Shown: positions 56,957 to 64,000 of the stretch, piece by piece
Position numbering within the stretch: the stretch's first letter is position 1
Layout of the letters: each line of letters opens with the position of its first letter
Origin: Naegleria gruberi
Taxonomy: Eukaryota
Assembly: GCA_000004985.1 (NCBI GenBank)
Contig: GG738847.1
DNA: 64,000 bases
Reading direction: 5' to 3' (one strand)
Position numbers and translations under genes: made by a program
Notes under the pieces: generated by a model
The model's input: only the letters and a program-made list of their open reading frames with translations
Database searches by the model: none
What the model was told of the DNA's origin: nothing

Positions 56957-57469
56957 TTTTTATTGGATTTAAAGGTACTCTTTGATTTTTCTAACGGATA
57001 GCTTTGGCGGGCTTCTACTGTCATATGGAAAATGTAATGAAGAAAAGATGATGGGTTTACATTCAAAGAAAGAAATGAACACTGTATCAAATGACAACTC
57101 CACCAAGATAAAACAATCATATTATTCTCTGACATTCACTATTTTCTTTGTTCTTAATGAAATTTGGAAGATTGACCCAACACATTCCAATTCTAATTTT
57201 CAGAGAGAATACGGAATATTAAAAGAAGGTGAAATATGCTTTCTAAGCCAAATAAATCTTCTTCTTCACATCTTCTATTGAGAAGAGGAGCCAAACAACT
57301 TTCCATTGAGGAACGAATTTCCCATCTTTTAAAACAATCAACTCCCACACTCCGGAGAATCACACAACTCCAAATACCAAATTATTCCACTCGCTCAAAC
57401 ACTTTAAAAAAAATTAGCAGTGTAACTCCCACACAAGTATTCTTCTTCTAGTGTGTATTCTATAAATTA

Positions 57470-57510
57470 TCATCATCATCACCAATAATCATCATCATCA
57501 TCATCAACAA
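57470..57510. repeat. (CAT)n microsatellite in the 5' leader of the amino-acid transporter gene
   Basis: tcatcatcatcaccaataatcatcatcatcatcatcaacaa. Confidence 0.7.
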
Positions 57511-57536
57511 TAACATTGAAATTCATCATCACAATC

Positions 57537-59393
57537 ATGAATGATAATTCAGCCTATTACTTGTCATCAGAGACACCCATAATGAATCCACCCTTTCTTC
57601 TTTCATCAAATCAAGAAGATCCATCATTACTATCAATAAATAATGTTGGATATGGTGGAGTGGGAGATTTGAATGAATCAACAGATCATTTACTAGGATC
57701 CAATGAAGTAGTTGATAATCAACAACAACAATTAAATCATGATGATTTAAATAATGAACATGAAGTTATAATTAAGAAACAACTTCCATCTAAAACTAAT
57801 TCCTTTTCAACTTTTTTAAATTTAACTAAAACATTTGCAGGTGCATCAACTTTTGCTTTACCTTGGAGTTTTAAACAATCTGGATTACTGACAGGTGTAT
57901 TAATTGTATTATTTCTTGCTATTTTAAGTAATTACACAATGAAATTATTGATTAAATGTAGAAGATATATACAGTCACAAGAAGAATATAAAGAATCATC
58001 TGAATATTGGAAGATTAGACCAGTAAGATTACCAATTTCTCATAAAAAAGAATTAAATGATGAAGGAAAATTAATTAATTTACCAATTTATCCTAAAAAA
58101 CATTCACCACCTAAAACTATTGATGAAAATGGTGAAATTATTACAACTATTGAAAAGTCAATTGATCCAAATGATTATATTTATGAACAAGATAGAATTA
58201 TAACTTATATTGATATTGGATATGAAGCAATGGGTAATTTTGGAAGTATACTTGTATATGTATTAATGGTTATGTGTAATGTTGGTGTTGGTACAATTTA
58301 TTTAGTTTTAATGGCTGGTTGTTTAAATGGAATGGTTCCAGAAGTTCCATTAAGAGTTTGGATGTTATTTTTCATTCCACTTTTCATTGTACTTTCTTGG
58401 ATTCGTTCTTACAAATATTTAGCACCACTCACAATGATTGGAACTATTGCTTTATTATTGGCCCTCGGTTCTGTACTTGTTTATGGTTTCATTTATCAAA
58501 GACATAATATGAAATGGCCATGGGAATATGCTCATGTTGCTTGGATTGAACCTTCTACATTGGTATGTTATTGTGAATTGATTCTTTGAATGATTGTTAA
58601 TTGTTAATGATTGAATGATTGTTAATGTGATTGTTAAATGATTGAATAATTGTTATTCTTGATATATAGCCACTTTGTATTGGTAATGTAATGTTCTTGT
58701 TTTGTACTCATACAATGATGTTATCAATTGAACAATCAATGAAAACAAGAAAAAGATACTATACTACTCTCAATTTTTCATTCATTTTTGTAGTTATTGT
58801 TAATTTGACATTTGGATTGGTAAGTTTAATCATTATTTCTCTCTCTAACATATTTCACATTATATTAATGTCATGAATAATAGTTGGTATTTGAATTCTT
58901 CCCTTATAATATTGAACAAAGTGCAACTGAAAATCTTCCACAGAATTCCATTTTTGTCTATATAATTCAATCATGTTTATGTTTAGAAGTTATATTAACA
59001 TATACAGTTGTATTAATGCCAGTTGGTGAATTATTTGATGAAAAGATTTTACAAAAATTATTAGAAAAATTGAAGAGATTTGTCAAGAATCAAAAATTCT
59101 CTAAATTTCTCTATTTCCTACTGAGTGTATTATTTAGAAGTTTAATTGTTGTTATAACAGTTGGATTAGCAGAGGTATTTGGTGATAGATTTGGAGTAGT
59201 CATGTCATTCATTGGCGCACTTTCACCAAATCCATTAGCTTTTGTTTTACCTCCACTTTTTTATTTAATTATTATGAGAAAGACAATTTCATTACCTACT
59301 TTTATTTTAAATGCTTTTATTATTGTATTTGGTGTTTTAACAATGGTATGGAATACTTATTCAAGTATAATGTCAATAATTAATGAAAAATAA
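57537..59393 (+). CDS. Amino acid transporter (AAAP / SLC36-SLC38-like), 3 exons: join(57537..58562,58670..58819,58884..59393)
   Basis: The N-terminal signature is FSTFLNLTKTFAGASTFALPWSFKQSGLLTGVLIV. Introns are GTATGT…TATATAG (58563..58669, 107 nt; it contains a tandem 'tgattgttaa' repeat) and GTAAGT…AATAATAG (58820..58883, 64 nt). They join TM segments in frame (…STL-PLCIGNVMFLF… and …LTFGL-LVFEFFPY…). I place the ATG at 57537; the ORF at 57516 starts at TTG. Confidence 0.7.
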
Positions 59394-59814
59394 ATGAAAA
59401 ATAAATGAATGCTTAGTTAATGATTAATCTTTTAGTAAATTCTAACCCTTATCTGTTTTATATGGAGATATTTTTGTAAACAACAATGTTAATATGTTCC
59501 AAAGACATTCGCCTTTGGAGATAGATATTGTGCATGTTTTTACTCCTCACTGCTATTGATGATTGAATTTACAATAGGAAGGAAAATTAAAATGGAGATG
59601 ATGATAATTAATTTTCCATCACTGCGATGCACACTCTTACTAAAATTGTCCTATTCATAGATAAGGTGCGTACTTTAAATTAAAAAAAAAGCCTCAACAA
59701 CAATCAACTTGAACCTATTTTCTTTTAAATCCTCATCGACAACAATATTATAGGCTATATAGACTATAATTATACAATCTACACCAACAAACAAACGATA
59801 TACATTTTACAACA

Positions 59815-61167
59815 ATGACAACTTCAACAGATACTGATAGTCAATATTCATCTGTGGTCGGAAAAGAAATTGATGATCATGATGAACAACCAACACTTTT
59901 AGATGTTTTATTATGTTGTTGTATGCCATCACTAAGACCTTCACGTTTAATTTATTCAATTTTATATCCAACATTGAATACAATTTTAAATCAATTTGGA
60001 AATTTTAAACTTGAAAAGATTATTAGAAATATAGTAACTCATCCAATCACTAAATTTATAACTATTCATTATGTTAAAATAATTAGTGTATTAACTTATT
60101 TAAGCATATCATTAATACTTTCAGGATTAGGAGCATTCTTCTTTTCATTAATGTTATTAACTTATTATAGACCACCAACACAATTTGATCATCCAATCTT
60201 TTTTATTAGAAATGGAACAACATTAAGTGCTAATGTGACACTTTTATCACATGATACCTCTAAATCACTTGTTCAAAATGGATTGTATATTGATACTTTT
60301 AAAGTTAAATTTAATTTACCTGAATCAAATGTAAATAGAGATATTGGAATGTTTTCAATTCATGCAGAATTTTATGATAGATATAATTCAAAACTTTATT
60401 CAACATCTAGAAGTGTATGTGTTAAATCTTTAAATCATTCTCAAGGTTTTTCTCAGAGTATTCTCAAATATAAATCAGTAATGAGTGAATTAGTTAATAC
60501 TGTATTTTCATTACCATATGCTTTATTAGGAAAAGCTGATGAAACTGAAACTCAATCTGTTGATATGTTAACTGAAACACAATTATTAGAATTTAATTCA
60601 AGAGTTGTACAAAGAGCTTCACATGTTTATGTTTGGTTATCTCATGATAATTTACAAATTTATAGCAGTAGTATTCAATTATTTGCAAGGGTTACTGGAG
60701 TTTGGCATTATTTGTATCAATATCCAATCACTTGCTTTTTAATTCTATTCCCAATGGCTTTTCTTTCAAATATGAGTGGTTATTTATTTGTTGGTGCCTT
60801 TTTATTTTACAAATTTATTTACAGTAGTGGAAAATCAAATAGCATTACTACTAGTACAATTACAAAACAATCTATTAAGCAACAAGCAACTTCTAATGAA
60901 AGTTCAACTACTTCAAGAAAGAAAAAGATTACAACAACAACTGTTAGAAGAAAGAAGATTATTCATACCTCATCATCTGATTCTATCAGTGATGATAATG
61001 ATAGTATTGATGAGGACATTAATGAAAATATTGAGAATGATGAACAACAACCAAGTAGAATTGATTCACCTTCTCAAAGCTCTACAACAAGTACAACAAA
61101 AAGACAAGCTGCCTCAAACAAATTGAAAAAGAGATTAAAGAAGAGAATTGAATTACAAGATGAATAA
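59815..61167 (+). CDS. Seipin (Fld1/BSCL2 homologue; lipid-droplet biogenesis). Two TM segments flank a luminal beta-sandwich; the C-terminus is Ser/Thr-rich.
   Basis: The seipin core motif is KVKFNLPESNVNRDIGMFSIHAEFYD (compare L.LPES..N..LGMF). TM1 is LSISLILSGLGAFFFSLMLL and TM2 is ITCFLILFPMAFLSNMSGYLFVGAFLF. ATG at 59815; intronless. Confidence 0.7.
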   Translation: MTTSTDTDSQYSSVVGKEIDDHDEQPTLLDVLLCCCMPSLRPSRLIYSILYPTLNTILNQFGNFKLEKIIRNIVTHPITKFITIHYVKIISVLTYLSISLILSGLGAFFFSLMLLTYYRPPTQFDHPIFFIRNGTTLSANVTLLSHDTSKSLVQNGLYIDTFKVKFNLPESNVNRDIGMFSIHAEFYDRYNSKLYSTSRSVCVKSLNHSQGFSQSILKYKSVMSELVNTVFSLPYALLGKADETETQSVDMLTETQLLEFNSRVVQRASHVYVWLSHDNLQIYSSSIQLFARVTGVWHYLYQYPITCFLILFPMAFLSNMSGYLFVGAFLFYKFIYSSGKSNSITTSTITKQSIKQQATSNESSTTSRKKKITTTTVRRKKIIHTSSSDSISDDNDSIDEDINENIENDEQQPSRIDSPSQSSTTSTTKRQAASNKLKKRLKKRIELQDE

Positions 61168-61495
61168 ACTGTTAAAACCTTAAATTGATGATAAAACAAT
61201 CAGAAATCATTATTCTCAAAAATGTAATATCCTTAACCTTCTTGATGTATTCATGAATCACTCATTAAATGTTGTGCACCTTAATCAATGTTGTATGACA
61301 ACTCAAGAATGTATTCTTCCTCTGATACAAGTTGTTTATTAAAATCAGAGTCAATGGATGATACAAAATACAACATGCTGCTAATTCTTTCTCTCGGTAA
61401 GTTGTCAATGCAAAGAAACACGGAAAGCCTTCGGCATTTGAATAAAAAATATTCCAAATTACAAAAAAAATACAACCACTTGGAAAACCCTTATA

Positions 61496-63207
61496 ATGTC
61501 ATCCGAAATTTTAAAACAAGGTGCCCACGAAGAAAAGGGTGAAATGGCCTTTATGGTATGTATAGAGAAATTTGATGATGTATATTAAAGGATTGATGAT
61601 AAACGGGATGTGGATTTTCTTCATTTCATACAACAACAAAAATTTGATACAATATTGATAATACTTTTTTAAAAACAACAATACAACAGAGTAACATCAT
61701 TGGTGCCATTGCTGTAGCTGACCTTCTTAAAACAACCCTTGGTCCAAAGGGTATGGATAAGATTTTAGTTAAAGTTTCTGAAGGAGCCGACGGAAAGGTT
61801 GAAGTCACCAACGATGGTGCCACTATCTTGAAAGCCCTTTCTATTCAAAATCCAGCTGCTAGAATTCTTGTAGATATTGCCAAGACCCAAGATGAAGAAG
61901 TTGGTGATGGTACTACTTCAGTTTGTGTCTTCACAGGAGAATTGTTGAGACAAGGAGAAAAACTTTTAGATCAAAAGATACACCCTCAAACTATTATTTC
62001 TGGTTGGAGAAAGGCTTTAACTGTTGCTCACGCATCACTTTTGAAGGCCTCTGTTGATCACGGAAATGATAAGGAAGCATTGAAGAATGACTTGTTAAAC
62101 ATTGCACGTACAACATTATCATCAAAGATTTTGCAACAAGAAAAGGAATTGTTCGCTCAACTTGCTGTTGAAGCTGTTCTTAGATTGAACGGAAGTACTG
62201 ATTTAAATCATATTCAAATTCTTAAGAAGCCAGGTGGTTCTATGAAGGACAGTTATTTGGATGACGGATTTCTTCTTGATAAAAGTGTAGGAGTTGGTCA
62301 ACCAAAGAAAATGGAAAATTGTAAGATTCTCGTTTCTAACACACCTATGGATACTGATAAAATTAAGATTAACGGTGCTGTTGTAAAGACAGCCAGTATT
62401 GCTACACTTTCAGAAATTGAAAAGGCTGAAAAGGAAAAGATGAAGAAAAAATGTCAAAAGATTGTTGATCACGGAATTAATGTTTTCATTAACAGACAAC
62501 TTATTTATGATTATCCTCAAGAATACTTTGCTGATAATGGAGTTATGGCTATTGAACATGCCGATTTTGAAGGTGTTGAAAGATTGGCTCTCGTTTTGGG
62601 TGCTGAAATTGTTTCAACATTTGAACATCCAGAATTAGTTAAATTGGGAACTTGTGCTGCTGTTGAAGAAATAATGATTGGTGAAGACAAACTTTTGAGA
62701 TTTAGAGGATGTGCTAAGAATGAAGCTTGTACAATTGTTTTACGTGGTGCTTCTACTCACCTTTTGGAAGAAGCTGATCGTTCTCTCCATGATGCTCTCT
62801 GTGTCTTGTCTCAAACTGTTCTTAACACAAAGACTGTTTTGGGAGGTGGTTGTAGTGAAATGTTGATGGCTAAAGCTGTCTCTGAAGCTGCTAAACAAAC
62901 TCCTGGTAAGGAATCAATTGCTATGGAAGCTTTCGCTAACGCTCTTAAGGCAATGCCTGCTATCCTTGCTGACAATGCTGGTTTGGACTCTGCTGAATTG
63001 GTTTCCGTTCTTGAAACTGAACATTACAAGGGTAATTCTGATTTTGGTATTGATGTTGTCAAAGGTGAAATTGGAAATTTGAGAACTTTAGGTATAACAG
63101 AATCATTCAAAGTGAAAGAACAAGTTCTTTTATCTGCATCGGAAGCTGCTGAAATGATTATCAGAACTGACGAAATTTGCTACTGTGCCCCTAGACAAAG
63201 AGAATAA
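61496..63207 (+). CDS. cct2: Chaperonin-containing TCP-1 (CCT/TRiC) beta subunit, 2 exons: join(61496..61555,61690..63207)
   Basis: Exon 1 is [27 protein letters not shown]…ACAACAG intron (134 nt) follows. Exon 2 is [27 protein letters not shown]…GDGTTSV…, a near-identical match to the CCT2 N-terminus and chaperonin signature. The long ORF 61753..63207 is the body. Confidence 0.9.
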
Positions 63208-63477
63208 TCAACCTAAATTTATTAAATAATTTATAATTTATCTTAAGTTCCTCTATTCTGTGTATTTGAGTCATTGATATCATTGATATCTATCCTTTCA
63301 ACACAATTTTATTTTGAATTGTTCCATTCCCAACTAGCCTGAAAATTCCCTCCATTTAAAACAACACAAAAAAATTCAATTAATTACCAACAACTCTTAG
63401 CATCATCCTCACTCTTGTTTAAATAATAATTTGATCATCAAATAGTTTAAAACAATCGGATCAAATACTTATAGAGG

Positions 63478-64000
63478 ATGGCTCCAAGGAGATCAACTAG
63501 GTCCAACAAGATTGAAAAAGCAGGTTCAAGTGAAGATAAACCAATTCTCACACCTGCCAATGTTATTACGTATGTATGAATTTAAATTGTTTAATTAGAG
63601 GCTAATAATTTATTAACTTACAAATAGAATTTTGAAAGAATATCAAACTAAAATCCAAGATGAAATTAAGTTCATCAAATCAACAGGTGATGGTCGTACT
63701 AAATATCTTCACTATTACTTGGAGACTTTGAATAGTTCGGAGATTGATTTTTCAATCATGGAAGCCTTGGAACAAAGTTTAATTCCTGATTCTTCTTCTG
63801 CTACCAACAATAACTCTACTTCTTCTAGTAGCACCAGTAATGATGATGATAATAACATAACAATGGTGGAAGCAACAAGCAGTGTTGATGAACAACCAGC
63901 AACAGCAGTTGTGGATAAAGTAATTGTGGAACAACAAGTTGAGCAAACAAAGGCTAAATCACCAACTCCATCTATTGAACAAGTTAATGATGATTCTATT
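63478..64000 (+). CDS. Hypothetical acidic, Ser-rich protein, 3' partial (it continues beyond the window). At least 2 exons: join(63478..63569,63628..>64000).
   Basis: ATG MAPRRSTRSNKIEKAGSSEDKPILTPANVIT. A GTATGT…CAAATAG intron (58 nt) follows. Exon 2 is ILKEYQTKIQDEIKFIKSTGDGRTKYLHYYLETLNSSEIDF… and stays open to the window end. Confidence 0.45.

Noticed and set aside
1-64000. A prokaryotic interpretation of the window (operons, defence islands, CRISPR)
   Set aside because: The spliceosomal introns have conserved GT…AG boundaries that restore conserved protein motifs. The tRNAs are eukaryotic-type. Genes such as CCT, seipin, F-box, RGS and GPI-anchored proteins are eukaryotic. There are poly-N/Q tracts. 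No repeat-spacer arrays are present anywhere.
1-64000. A Euplotes-type genetic code (TGA=Cys) or a ciliate code with TAA/TAG=Gln
   Set aside because: Long genes (up to 3.5 kb) are free of in-frame TGA, TAA and TAG under the standard code. Conserved genes terminate at TAA exactly where their homologues end. In-frame stops are rare exceptions (three TAA) rather than the rule. Intron sizes (41-134 nt) are also unlike Euplotes. Recoding, if real, is occasional rather than a reassigned code.
1-64000. A nucleomorph or organellar origin, because of AT-richness and compactness
   Set aside because: Intergenic spacers are 0.3-1.3 kb, which is far larger than in nucleomorphs. The genes encode signalling and surface proteins rather than a reduced housekeeping set. 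The tRNAs are nuclear-type.

Overview
This 64 kb window is AT-rich (about two-thirds A+T) eukaryotic nuclear DNA, not prokaryotic. I count about 38 protein-coding genes on both strands, two tRNA genes (tRNA-Val-AAC, tRNA-Phe-GAA) and one odd tRNA-like structured RNA candidate. Many of the six-frame ORFs are exons: they are joined by short spliceosomal introns of 41-134 nt with GTAAGT, GTATGT or GTAGGT donors and TAG or CAG acceptors, often close to the 5' end of the gene. Coding regions contain poly-Asn, poly-Gln, Ser- and Thr-rich low-complexity tracts. Codon usage is yeast-like (TTG, AGA, GGT, AAG). Together this suggests an AT-rich amoebozoan- or fungus-like protist; I cannot name the species from sequence alone. 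Genes I recognise with confidence are inorganic pyrophosphatase (5 exons), CCT/TCP-1 beta (2 exons), mitochondrial IscA, seipin, maltose/galactoside O-acetyltransferase, an M14 zinc carboxypeptidase, a HAD-IIA hydrolase, a TauE/SafE permease, an amino-acid transporter, a glycine-cleavage H-like protein, an AAA-ATPase-like plus PD-(D/E)XK protein, and several F-box, ankyrin, RGS, cyclase-homology, BRCT and J-domain proteins. A 50-N assembly gap lies at 54228-54277. The most striking pattern is that many adjacent ORF pairs (in gene 1, the 4-TM membrane gene, the ankyrin gene, the large GPI-anchored gene, the GcvH-like gene and others) differ by +1 in reading frame, and three genes carry an in-frame TAA in otherwise continuous coding sequence. 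This is either widespread assembly error or translational recoding (+1 frameshifting and stop readthrough). Two intronless bacterial-type genes (the AAA-ATPase/PD-(D/E)XK protein and the O-acetyltransferase) look like horizontal acquisitions. Several domain fusions are unusual: P4H-like oxygenase plus F-box, F-box plus Ras-like GTPase, and ankyrin plus hemerythrin. Intron coordinates below were read by eye from the printed sequence and may be off by 1-2 nt. I saw no CRISPR arrays and no obvious transposons apart from one small MITE-like candidate.
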